Positions 31,392-40,139 of a stretch of 40,875 nucleotides of DNA are shown one piece after another. The position numbers were made by a program, and so were the translations under genes. The notes beneath the pieces are model-generated. The model saw nothing but the letters and a program-made list of their open reading frames with translations. It was not told the DNA's origin and ran no database searches. Every line of letters begins with the position of its first letter. The first letter of the stretch is position 1. The stretch lies in IMG/VR virus record IMGVR_UViG_3300036779_000170. One strand, given 5' to 3'. The DNA is from a virus.

Positions 31392-32269
31392 CAAATTTGA
31401 CATACTGCATTGATTGCCGGCGACTTACCGAGGAACTGGAGCAGGCGAATGCGGCGCTGAAGGACATCAGTAATGCTGCAATTGGATACGGGGAAATTGT
31501 TCCGTTTCTTATCCAACGAATGCTGGAACTGCACGCCGAAGCCATTGCAGCCGCGAAGGACGAGACGTTGAGTTTTGAGAGCGCGGCGCAGAGAATTGCG
31601 GGGCTCAGTGAAGAACTGAAACGGGCGCGTAAATGGATACTGGACACGGAGAATGAAGAGGCTTCGGTGTGCCCTGAAGATGTAGGATTTGTTGAGTTTA
31701 TTCATACGTTGCAGGCAGAATTGAAGCAGACGAAGGCAGACCACGACACCCTTCGGACTCTTTCCAATGTGACCCTTAAAGGTGAATTAGAGGCCTTGGC
31801 CGAACTCCGCGAATCCGAAGCACAACTAGCCGAGGCTCGCCGCCAGCATAGCGTGCTCTTGATTTCATGGGAAAAATTGAAAGCTACTCGGAACGCACAG
31901 GCAGTTCAGTTGGCCGAGTCCCGCAGCCGCATAACAGAACTCGAAGAAGCTCTCCGCAAGGCTGATGAGCGTGACAGTCCTGTCGGGCTGATGCTTCAGT
32001 TGGCCGAGGCGCTGAAGGCGCTAGAAGAAATACGTGATGGAAAGCCAGGTTTCCCTAGTTGGCTTGCTGACGTTGCTCTCTCCCGCCTCGCCCCCGACCA
32101 CGCCAACAAGCTGGCGGAAGCGGTGCGGGAAGTTATATCCAGCGAACGTGAATGGGATCGTCTTACAGCAATTCCTGAAGCGATGGCTCTTGACATCTTT
32201 AAAGCCCATGATAAATGGAAAAACGCAACGCGGGCGCTCGCCGCGCTGTGGGGGAGTCGATTGCCATGA
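31388..32269 (+). CDS. Long coiled-coil protein
   Basis: GTGA overlap. 293 aa, heptad-rich. Confidence 0.6.
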   Translation: MTNLTYCIDCRRLTEELEQANAALKDISNAAIGYGEIVPFLIQRMLELHAEAIAAAKDETLSFESAAQRIAGLSEELKRARKWILDTENEEASVCPEDVGFVEFIHTLQAELKQTKADHDTLRTLSNVTLKGELEALAELRESEAQLAEARRQHSVLLISWEKLKATRNAQAVQLAESRSRITELEEALRKADERDSPVGLMLQLAEALKALEEIRDGKPGFPSWLADVALSRLAPDHANKLAEAVREVISSEREWDRLTAIPEAMALDIFKAHDKWKNATRALAALWGSRLP

Positions 32270-32547
32270 AAAAACAAAAACCGGTATTCAGAGACGGGAT
32301 GGTGCACGTGCGCAGGGCAATGTGCGACACCTGCATCTTCCGCCCGGGGAATCTGATGGACCTTGAGCCGGGGCGCGTGGAGTGGTTGGTGAAGGGAGCG
32401 ACCGAGGCCGAGTCGTGCATTCCGTGCCACAAGACGACATACGGCGAGGACCCGCGCGGCGAAGCGGTCTGTCGTGGATTTTACGAGAAGCACGCGACAG
32501 TGCCGCTGCGGCTGGCGGCGACCATGGGGAAGGTTCGCTTTCAGTGA
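32266..32547 (+). CDS. Cys-rich protein
   Basis: MKKQKPVFRDG...CDTCIFR...CIPCH...CRG. ATGA overlap. Confidence 0.55.
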   Translation: MKKQKPVFRDGMVHVRRAMCDTCIFRPGNLMDLEPGRVEWLVKGATEAESCIPCHKTTYGEDPRGEAVCRGFYEKHATVPLRLAATMGKVRFQ

Positions 32548-32756
32548 CCCTGCCACCTGGAACCCGCGTTGAAAAGATCAACTCGGAACCAGACGACACT
32601 CACCAGGACGGAGCGCCGGCCACCGTGCTGCGCCGGTTTCCGGAAGACCCGGTAAATGATATGGGCCGCGAGTTCGGCTATTTCGTCCACTGGGACGACT
32701 TGCCGGATCTTCAGGTATTCATCGCCGCGCACCGTATCCGCCCGCTGAGGATTTAA
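32544..32756 (+). CDS. Small hypothetical protein
   Basis: GTGA overlap. VTLPPGTRVEKINSEPDD... Confidence 0.45.
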   Translation: MTLPPGTRVEKINSEPDDTHQDGAPATVLRRFPEDPVNDMGREFGYFVHWDDLPDLQVFIAAHRIRPLRI

Positions 32757-32840
32757 ACTAAGGTACGGCTCCGGCGTCAGCCGTAACAGTAAAGCCGAGG
32801 GTTGGGCGATTAATGGATCGGTGAGCCCGGAGCCTGGATA

Positions 32841-33149
32841 TCACCAGTTTGTGTATTCTTTGGCCGGATCTCCACCGGGTCGCCGGCGACCGGTTGCGGC
32901 GTGACGGAACCAGCCTTCCGGCTCACTCTGTTCAGCCGGATTCCATTCGTTAAACGCGCACACGGCGCGTTCCGGCGTCTCGAATCACCAGCCGTCCGTG
33001 TACCAGTCGGCGCCCACCGGTCCAATCGTCAAAAGCGTATTGAACATGCGCCGCATCACCACAACTTCGCGCCCGTTTCCGGTGAGGCCATACGCCACCG
33101 CGAAGCCGCCGAAACGCGCGTCCGCCTCAGGATTATTCGTGCTCTTCAA
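32841..33149 (-). CDS. Small gene interrupted by an in-frame TGA (54 codons, TGA at 32985-32987, then 47 codons)
   Basis: Manual translation. The TTG start overlaps the upstream TGA (TTGA). ...TIGPVGADWYTDGW*FETPERAVCAFNEWNPAEQSEPEGWFRHAATGRRRPGGDPAKEYTNW*. Coding-like GC3 on both sides. Confidence 0.5.
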
Positions 33150-33358
33150 TCGGTTGCTTCCTCAAAGCCAAGCGAGGCCACCTCATCCGCTTTTAAACCG
33201 TGAAGAGCGATGTAGTGGCGCGGGACTTTCCACGTCCGGTCCCCCACCGTTACTTTCGTGTCGGGACCCAGCATCTGGATGTGCCGCTCCACGAGGGCCT
33301 TCATTTCCGGGGAAGTGTAGTGCAGCGGCTGGCCGCAGCGGCACAGTTCCTCGCTCAT
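33146..33358 (-). CDS. Small hypothetical protein
   Basis: MSEELCRCGQPLHYTSPEM...VPRHYIALHGLK. ATGA coupling. Confidence 0.6.
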   Translation of the reverse strand: MSEELCRCGQPLHYTSPEMKALVERHIQMLGPDTKVTVGDRTWKVPRHYIALHGLKADEVASLGFEEATD

Positions 33359-33621
33359 GGTTCAATCACTTCGATCTCTTCGCGCACGCTGAAGCGGCAG
33401 AGGGTGATTTTGTTTTTGGTTTCCCGCGCGATGCGCCGTGCCATGGCACGCAGCGAATCCACCCTCTCTTTATCCGCGCACACCATAGGGAGCATCATCC
33501 CATCCGGCAGGGTAAAAGCCGGCACTCCCTCCCCGTCCGCGTCCTTCGCGATGAATACGAACACTTCATCGATGCGCAGTTGCGTCTTCGGCTTTGAAAT
33601 ATCCTTAAATCCGCTGCTCAT
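33355..33621 (-). CDS. Small hypothetical protein
   Basis: ORF track entry. Confidence 0.55.
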   Translation of the reverse strand: MSSGFKDISKPKTQLRIDEVFVFIAKDADGEGVPAFTLPDGMMLPMVCADKERVDSLRAMARRIARETKNKITLCRFSVREEIEVIEP

Positions 33622-33642
33622 ACCATTTCCAGTGCATTACCT

Positions 33643-33795
33643 TTAACGGGGCAACACGATCACACGCTCATTCGGCGCGTCCATACACAGGCGCCTTATT
33701 TCCGCGTCGAGCCTGCGCTCGCGTTCGCGGCGCAACTCAGGCCGGACCATCTCCGCAATGCGGCGCCACCACCCAATCGGACGAAACACGATCAT
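33643..33795 (-). CDS. 50-aa Arg-rich protein (below the ORF-track cutoff)
   Basis: Manual translation: MIVFRPIGWWRRIAEMVRPELRRERERRLDAEIRRLCMDAPNERVIVLPR. ATGA overlap with the upstream gene. Confidence 0.45.
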   Translation of the reverse strand: MIVFRPIGWWRRIAEMVRPELRRERERRLDAEIRRLCMDAPNERVIVLPR

Positions 33796-34214
33796 TTTGC
33801 AGCCTCCTTCCAGTCCGGTTGATCGGCGCGCGCGGTGCCGGTTCGTTCCTCAACCAGGCGAACCGCCGCTTCGTGCCCGCTCTCAGCGGCGATCCAGTCG
33901 GAGTAACGCCGCTGGTAGCCGACAAGTTCCTGGTCGGCGGCTTCCTCCAGCGGGCGTATACGCCGGAACAGGTCGTCCAGCGACTCATTCGGCCTGCGTT
34001 CCGCAGCCGTCAGAAAAATCATCGTTTCAAAAAGGATCGGCGGGCCGCCGTCACCGAGCTGGTGGTCGAGTCCGAGAAAGACGGTCGACACCCGCCACTC
34101 CCCGACGGTCGTAGACAGGACGACGCGATCCGCGTTCTGCATCCAGCGGCCCCATTCGAAGAGATCTTCGCAGGGAACCGGGGTTTGTCCGATCAGGATG
34201 TAGCGCCCGTTCAT
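33792..34214 (-). CDS. Hypothetical protein
   Basis: VSTVFLGLDHQLGDGGPPILFETMIF looks like a conserved phage family. Confidence 0.6.
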   Translation of the reverse strand: MNGRYILIGQTPVPCEDLFEWGRWMQNADRVVLSTTVGEWRVSTVFLGLDHQLGDGGPPILFETMIFLTAAERRPNESLDDLFRRIRPLEEAADQELVGYQRRYSDWIAAESGHEAAVRLVEERTGTARADQPDWKEAAK

Positions 34215-34398
34215 TAGGTCTCAGTTCACGGCCTTTTCCGCCGGCTGGCCAAAGAAGTTCGTAAAGTTGCCGTCAAAGCCGGTCATGCCGTCAGTGTTAT
34301 CAGCAAGGGCTATATAGGTTCGCCAATTAACCGGACGCCGCTCGCCAGCCGCTCGTATTCCTGGCGAATTATGCGCTTGATGATTGGCGATTCCATGC

Positions 34399-34752
34399 TC
34401 ACCACGACAGCCTCTTTTTTTCCATCAGGCCGTGCTCCTGACACTCCCGAACCGACCATTTCATCCGCCGCCGATACTCGTAATTTTCCTCGCTCAGAAA
34501 ACCCCACCACACATCCGACAGCATTATCACGGCTTCGATACCGCCGGCCTTAATGCGGTCCTTGATGATTTCCGAAAGCAGGTATTTGGCGCGCGCATTG
34601 TTGGTTACAGCGCCGGGAACCGGGATAAACTCCATCGTGCCGTCCGCACGCACCAGATGAAACAGCATTGGAACATCACCGTCGCAGCGAAGCATTTTAA
34701 CGCCGTAGTGCAGCACAGTGTCGGCTATGGTTTTCAGTTCTTCGATTGTCAT
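34399..34752 (-). CDS. Hypothetical protein
   Basis: ATG 34752 (MTIEELKTI...) overlaps the upstream TGA. Confidence 0.6.
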   Translation of the reverse strand: MTIEELKTIADTVLHYGVKMLRCDGDVPMLFHLVRADGTMEFIPVPGAVTNNARAKYLLSEIIKDRIKAGGIEAVIMLSDVWWGFLSEENYEYRRRMKWSVRECQEHGLMEKKRLSW

Positions 34753-35375
34753 GCCGGGAGCCACTTTTCAAAGCGGGCGCGCGCCCGGTCCAGATGTTCG
34801 ATGCCGCCTTTTTCCAGCCGCGCCAGTGCTAACAGATTCGGCAACCCGGTTTCAATCGACTCCAGCACTTCGGACCGCGTGGTCCGGCGACCCTCGGCGT
34901 ACCAGTCCACCGATTCCGGTTCACCCATCATAATGAGCACGCCGAAGCCGTTTTCGACTTTGAAAATCTCGTATCCGCGCGTATGCCAGAGCATCGTCAC
35001 GCCGGGATTTCGCCTGAGACCAAAGCCCGCCATCTCGCCAGCACCTTCAGGGAGGTTATCTTCGCGGCGCACCATGCGTGGATTGCTCATAAACGGGCAA
35101 TTCACCGCGCTCCACTCGGCGCACTCCCGGTGGCACGGCGGCTCACTCGACGTGCGGTTGATGCCGCACATAGGGCCGGCGACGAAGGTCATATGAACGC
35201 CCAGTTTGCCGCCGCACACCCAACACAACTTTTCTTTGATGGCGCGAACGAATTTCTCCGGGTCCATCGCGCGGAATTCCGGTTTTCCGTCCACCCACTG
35301 TACGAACCAGGGAACGACGTAACCCCTTTCATCGACTGGTAAATCGGCCATTCTTTTCGGCAGTGGCGTCATCAT
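34749..35375 (-). CDS. Conserved Cys-rich hypothetical protein
   Basis: YVVPWFVQWVDGKPEFRAMDP...CWVCGGKLG...SSEPPCHRECAEWSAVNCPF. Confidence 0.65.
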   Translation of the reverse strand: MMTPLPKRMADLPVDERGYVVPWFVQWVDGKPEFRAMDPEKFVRAIKEKLCWVCGGKLGVHMTFVAGPMCGINRTSSEPPCHRECAEWSAVNCPFMSNPRMVRREDNLPEGAGEMAGFGLRRNPGVTMLWHTRGYEIFKVENGFGVLIMMGEPESVDWYAEGRRTTRSEVLESIETGLPNLLALARLEKGGIEHLDRARARFEKWLPA

Positions 35376-35599
35376 CGTCTCCCCAGCGGCGAAGTTCGCT
35401 CTTCGAGGCGAACAATGCGCTGCTCGTGGTCGTCCAGTTTCTGTTCAATGCGGTCGAGACGTTTGATGATCTCGTCGAGCCGCCTGTGGATGTCGTCAAA
35501 GCGTTTATTCTGCGACCATGACGCCACCCAGATCGCGCCCACGAACGTGGACATCAGCGGCAGTGTGACCTGGAAGAACGGCAGAATGGCTGGATTCAT
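35372..35599 (-). CDS. Small protein with an N-terminal TM helix and a C-terminal coiled coil
   Basis: The TAATG-coupled start gives MNPAILPFFQVTLPLMSTFVGAIWVASW..., ending DDHEQRIVRLEERTSPLGRR. Confidence 0.6.
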   Translation of the reverse strand: MNPAILPFFQVTLPLMSTFVGAIWVASWSQNKRFDDIHRRLDEIIKRLDRIEQKLDDHEQRIVRLEERTSPLGRR

Positions 35600-35799
35600 T
35601 ATTCGCCCGCCTGCGCCCGCAGCCATGCCCACGGGATGCGAATAGCGCGACCGTATCTCGTGGAAGGGATCGCCCCGGCGGCCACCAACTTTCGCACGGT
35701 TTGCGTCGAAACTCTGAGGAATTCCGCTGTATCGCTTATGCTGGCAAACGCAGAAGTTACCGGCCTTATATCAACCGTAGTATCCGACGCTGTTTCCAT
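35599..35799 (-). CDS. Excisionase-family HTH protein
   Basis: ISDTAEFLRVSTQTVRKLVAAGAIPSTRYGRAIRIPWAWL. Confidence 0.65.
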   Translation of the reverse strand: METASDTTVDIRPVTSAFASISDTAEFLRVSTQTVRKLVAAGAIPSTRYGRAIRIPWAWLRAQAGE

Positions 35800-35819
35800 A
35801 TCAGTGATACTATCACGCT

Positions 35820-36026
35820 ATGCCGTTATTTGAAGTTGCGATCATTCGCAAACCGACCAAAAAAGAGATCGACGAGGGCACCGCCGACGAAGAGCTTATT
35901 CTTGGCCCCATCGCAGTCGTGGCTCGCAATACCAACGCTGCTGTGATTGCTGCCATATCGAAGAATGGTTCCGGTAAGACTCTCGACCCCAATCGGTGTG
36001 AGGTGATCGTTCGTTCTTTTACGTAG
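35820..36026 (+). CDS. Small hypothetical protein
   Basis: ORF track entry. Lies only 20 nt from the divergent HTH gene. Palindrome GTGATACTATCAC at 35802-35814. Confidence 0.5.
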   Translation: MPLFEVAIIRKPTKKEIDEGTADEELILGPIAVVARNTNAAVIAAISKNGSGKTLDPNRCEVIVRSFT

Positions 36027-36183
36027 CCGGTTCTGCCTATGAGCAGCAACCGGCGAATTACAATTCAGCGCAGGCGCTCTACGGCGGACTGCAAAATATG
36101 AACTATCAGGCGGCAACTTCCAACACGATGAAGACCATCACCGGCGCCGATCTTGTTCCGCTGCTGAAACTGGCCAGGGCGGT

Positions 36184-37593
36184 TTAAACCACCTGCAACC
36201 GGCTGACGAGTTTCCGCGACCACGAATTCCCGGCGGCAGTCCCGTAAAGCGCCGTCGAAGAGTCGGACGCCAGCGTCAAAATAAAGCTGTCTCCCACGTC
36301 AGGGGAACGCAAACCCCGTTTCTTCATGTCCTCTTTGGATTCGATTCGCAGTTTGCCGGTTTTCTCCTGGAACCCGTAACGGATCGTCGTAAGCTCGCCG
36401 ATCAACCGGTCGTCCGAGGGAATCAGGCAGTCCCGCTTTTCGAACCACGACTTGGCTTTGAACCAGAGTTCCGCCCGCAGATTCATAAAGGTATTCCCGA
36501 CTGCGGGAGATTCCGAGACATTGATGCCGCGCGCCGGCAGGCCGAGTTGCGCGAGCCGGTCGCAGGCCCCGGCGCCGAGACCAATTGAGTCCACAAGGAT
36601 TTCCACGGGGCGCCGCTCGCTGGGCGTGGTTTCCCATTCCGCCATCACGAGGCCCACTGTCTGCATCAGATCTTTGCCGTGCCAGGTGCGAACTGGTTCG
36701 GTTACCGAATTTCCCTTACGTTTGCATAATGCCGAACAGTCGCTGCCGAAGCGGGCGATGTCGAGACCCCATACAATGCTCGCGAACTGGGAAGGCGCCA
36801 CATCCCGCGACACGGCGGTTTGCACCAGTTCAATCGGTATAACGGTGTCCTCGTCCACCCGGGGGAATTCCCCGAGAATGCGGACCCGGAAGTAATTGGA
36901 ATCCTCGCCGTAGGACTCCAGCGCATCCTTAATATAGTCGCGCGACACGCGCGGCGAATCGACACCCGAGACGTGCATCGTGTACCAGCGGGCTTTGTTC
37001 TTGTGGTGGGTGTCGTAAAAGAAGCCGGAGGTGCGAACCGGATTGCCCAGCAAAACCGTCTGCGCGCTGTGTCCCGCCATGGAACTGGATGCGGCTTCGA
37101 AGACCTGCTCGGGAATGCCGGAGGCCTCGTCAGCGATTAAGAGGACGAAGTCGGAGTGCTTGCCGGCCAGCGCCTCCGGCGCCTCGGGTCGCGAGGTGCC
37201 GGCGGTGAGAAAGCAGTCCTGCGGCACCGACGCCAGTTCAATGGAACTGGATTTGATATTCAGCAATTCCTTCAGTTGCGGCGGCAGTTCGTTAATCCAG
37301 TGCACGATCTCGCTGAAAAGCGCGTCGAACAACTGGGTGGCCGACTGCGAAGTGATCGCAACTTTACAGCGGTAGCGGCACAGCAAAAACCAGATCGAAG
37401 CCCACGACGCGGCGGTCGACTTGCCGACGCGGTGGCCGGACCGGACGGAAATACGGCGCTCGCCGCGCGCCAGCGCGTTCAGAAATTCTTCCTGCCATTT
37501 ATCGGGTTCTGCGCCCCAGACTTCCCGCACCATGCGCACCGGATCGGTGCGGTAAAGCAACTGAAACTGGTCGAAGGGGTTTTCCTGCGGCAT
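36184..37593 (-). CDS. terL: Terminase large subunit
   Basis: Walker A SGHRVGKST, Walker B LLIADEA, and a C-terminal nuclease-like half (VWGLDIARFGSD, DSFILTLA). Confidence 0.85.
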   Translation of the reverse strand: MPQENPFDQFQLLYRTDPVRMVREVWGAEPDKWQEEFLNALARGERRISVRSGHRVGKSTAASWASIWFLLCRYRCKVAITSQSATQLFDALFSEIVHWINELPPQLKELLNIKSSSIELASVPQDCFLTAGTSRPEAPEALAGKHSDFVLLIADEASGIPEQVFEAASSSMAGHSAQTVLLGNPVRTSGFFYDTHHKNKARWYTMHVSGVDSPRVSRDYIKDALESYGEDSNYFRVRILGEFPRVDEDTVIPIELVQTAVSRDVAPSQFASIVWGLDIARFGSDCSALCKRKGNSVTEPVRTWHGKDLMQTVGLVMAEWETTPSERRPVEILVDSIGLGAGACDRLAQLGLPARGINVSESPAVGNTFMNLRAELWFKAKSWFEKRDCLIPSDDRLIGELTTIRYGFQEKTGKLRIESKEDMKKRGLRSPDVGDSFILTLASDSSTALYGTAAGNSWSRKLVSRLQVV

Positions 37594-37604
37594 TGTAGTG
37601 CAAA

Positions 37605-37635
37605 ATTACCACAGTTTTTTAAAATCTGTGGTAAT
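37605..37635. promoter_or_regulatory. Perfect 10-bp inverted repeat in the TerL/portal divergent intergenic region
   Basis: ATTACCACAG (37605-14), an 11-nt A/T spacer, then CTGTGGTAAT (37626-35). A third partial copy GTAACCACA lies at 37636-44. Confidence 0.5.
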
Positions 37636-37646
37636 GTAACCACAAG

Positions 37647-39878
37647 TTGTTCGCCTCTCACCGACAATTTGCGACTACAACCGACCCGCTTGACGAAGAT
37701 GGCCTGCAGGCAGCGGTGGGACAGGCTATTGACGACGCCATCCTGTACGTTGACGGCCAACTCAGCCTGATTCGCTCGCTGGCCACGGATTATTACCGTG
37801 GCCAGCCCTTCGGTAACGAGATGGAAGGCCGGTCGCGCGTGGTTTCGCGGGATGTGGCCGACGTGGTGGGCTTCATTCTGCCGCAATTGATGACCATTTT
37901 CTTTGGTTCGGAGACTCTTGCGGAATTCGTGCCGGTGGGTCCTGAAGACGTGCCGTTCGCCGAGCAGGCGACCGATTACGTAAAGTACATCATCAACAAC
38001 GACAACCAGGGATTCCTGCTTTTCTACGAAGTCTTTAAGGATGCGCTGGTGCGCAAGACCGGCATCACCAAAACCTGGTGGAATACCGAAGAAACCGAGC
38101 AGACTTTCACTTATTCCGGCCTCGATCAGCCCACCGCGATGATCCTGCAGCAGGCTGAGCCGGATGTGGCTCTTTTACCACAGTCCGACGGGACGATTGC
38201 CGGTAAGGTGACGCGGCGGGTGCCGGCCAATAAGGTGGCCGTGGTTTCGGTGCCGCCCGAAGAGTTTCTGTGTTCGCGCAACGCAGTCTCGCTGGAGACA
38301 GCCGATCTGGTGGCGCACCGCCAGGAGTTAACGACATCCGAACTGCGGGCGCTGGGGTTCACCGAAGACGAGATCAAAGAGGCAGGCACGGACTGGTCGC
38401 TTGATTACAACATGGAGCGGATCGCCCGCCAGGTCACCCAAACCATATATCCCGAAACCCCGCTCAATCCATCGCTGCTGCGCCATCTTTATGTAGAGGC
38501 TTACGTCCGGGTGGACAGGGATGACAGCGGCGTGGCTGAACTGCGGCGCCTCTGCTGTCTCGGGCCTGGTCACAAAATCATTCGCAACGATCCCTGCGAC
38601 GAACAGCCGTTTCAGGTGTTCTGCCCGGACCCGGAGCCGCACACGCTGATCGGTAATTCGGTGGCCGATCAGGTCATGGATATCCAGTTAATGAAGAGTC
38701 AGATCCTGCGGCTGACGCTGGATTCACTCGCCCTCGCCATCGTGCCGCGCTTCGGCGTGGTCGACCAGCAGGTGAATATCGAGGACGTTTTGAATACGGC
38801 GCTCGGTGCGCCGATCAGAATGAAAGCGCCTGGCATGGTCACTCCCTTCACCGTGCCTTTTGTGGGGCAGGCCGCTTTTCCTGTGCTGTCCTATATGGAT
38901 GACGTTCGCGAGGATCGCACCGGCGTTTCCAAGGCGAGTCAGGGTCTGAACGCGGACGCACTGCAGTCTTCCACAAAAGCGGCGGTTACCGCTACAGTAA
39001 CCGCCGCGCAGCGCAAGATCGAGTTGCTGGCCCGTATCTTTGCCGAAACCGGCATGAAGCCGCTGTTCAAGCAGATCCTCAAATTAATCGTCACCCACCA
39101 GGACAAACCGCGCATTATCCGCCTGCGCAATCAGTTCGTATCCATGGACCCCCGGGTCTGGAACAGCGACATGGACGTGACCATCAACGTAGGCCTCGGC
39201 GGCGGCACGGCAGAGGACCGGATTGACGCTCTGAACGGGATTGCGCAGAAGCAGGAAATGATCCTGCAGACTTACGGGCCGCAGAACCCGCTGGTTTCCA
39301 TGGCGCAGTATTCGACCACCCTGCGCAAGGCCGTGGAACTGGCCGGATACCGGGATTCCTCCATGTTTTTCTCGCCAGTGCCGGCTGGCTGGCAACCGCC
39401 GCAGGCCCCCGGTCAGCCCCAGCAGTCGCCACAGGAACAGGCGGCCATGATTCTGGCGCAGGCGCAGCAGCAGCAAATCATGGCCAACATCCAGATCGAA
39501 AATCAAAAACTGGCGCTGCAGGCGGCCACTGTGCGCATGAACGACGAACGTGAGCGGGAGAAACAGGCCTCGGACGAGCGCGTTGCGCTGGCGGAAATTC
39601 AGGCCAAATACAGCGCCAACATGGCAGGCGTACAGGTCGACATCAATAAGAATCTGCACGACATCAGGCTGCAGGAACAACAGCAGTTCGCCGACAACCA
39701 TCTGGCCTTGCAGGATCAGCAGCAGAAGCGGGTGCAGTCGGTTATGGATCAGCAACAGTCCCAGGCTGAACTGGCGCAACAGGCGCAGCAGCACCAGGCC
39801 GAGATGGCGCAGCAGGCGCAACAGGCGCAACAGGCGCAGCAGCAGCCGGCGCAGCCTGAGCAGGGGGCCGGTCAGTGA
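37647..39878 (+). CDS. Portal protein with a Q-rich C-terminal tail
   Basis: TTG start. DYYRGQPFGNEMEGRSRVVSRDVADVV...FVPVGPEDVPFAEQATDYV. C-terminus QQAQQHQAEMAQQAQQAQQAQQQPAQ. Confidence 0.85.
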   Translation: MFASHRQFATTTDPLDEDGLQAAVGQAIDDAILYVDGQLSLIRSLATDYYRGQPFGNEMEGRSRVVSRDVADVVGFILPQLMTIFFGSETLAEFVPVGPEDVPFAEQATDYVKYIINNDNQGFLLFYEVFKDALVRKTGITKTWWNTEETEQTFTYSGLDQPTAMILQQAEPDVALLPQSDGTIAGKVTRRVPANKVAVVSVPPEEFLCSRNAVSLETADLVAHRQELTTSELRALGFTEDEIKEAGTDWSLDYNMERIARQVTQTIYPETPLNPSLLRHLYVEAYVRVDRDDSGVAELRRLCCLGPGHKIIRNDPCDEQPFQVFCPDPEPHTLIGNSVADQVMDIQLMKSQILRLTLDSLALAIVPRFGVVDQQVNIEDVLNTALGAPIRMKAPGMVTPFTVPFVGQAAFPVLSYMDDVREDRTGVSKASQGLNADALQSSTKAAVTATVTAAQRKIELLARIFAETGMKPLFKQILKLIVTHQDKPRIIRLRNQFVSMDPRVWNSDMDVTINVGLGGGTAEDRIDALNGIAQKQEMILQTYGPQNPLVSMAQYSTTLRKAVELAGYRDSSMFFSPVPAGWQPPQAPGQPQQSPQEQAAMILAQAQQQQIMANIQIENQKLALQAATVRMNDEREREKQASDERVALAEIQAKYSANMAGVQVDINKNLHDIRLQEQQQFADNHLALQDQQQKRVQSVMDQQQSQAELAQQAQQHQAEMAQQAQQAQQAQQQPAQPEQGAGQ

Positions 39879-40129
39879 CGCCCGAACAACGAATAGAGCG
39901 GGCCGAACAGGCCAGGGAACTCACGAAGAATCCATTGCTGGTTGAAGCTCTGGATTCACTTGAGACCGAAGCTGTCGATAACTGGAAGCATTCCAAGGCC
40001 GGGGATGAAGAAGGCCGGGAACTGGCCTGGCTCAGATATAAGGCGGTTACCGCTCTCCGCAGCCAGCTAATGAGTGTGGTTGACGACGGCAAATGGGCCG
40101 AAGCCGACAAAAAAAGAGCCAGTTTGTAA
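39875..40129 (+). CDS. Small protein between portal and scaffold
   Basis: GTGA overlap with the portal stop. Confidence 0.55.
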   Translation: MTPEQRIERAEQARELTKNPLLVEALDSLETEAVDNWKHSKAGDEEGRELAWLRYKAVTALRSQLMSVVDDGKWAEADKKRASL

Positions 40130-40139
40130 GTAGAAAGTT

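Noticed and set aside
32941-32987. The in-frame TGA as selenocysteine with a SECIS element.
   Set aside because: The hairpin is short with a plain CGTGT loop. The context is a small phage protein with no redox motif. Readthrough or a nonsense mutation is more parsimonious.
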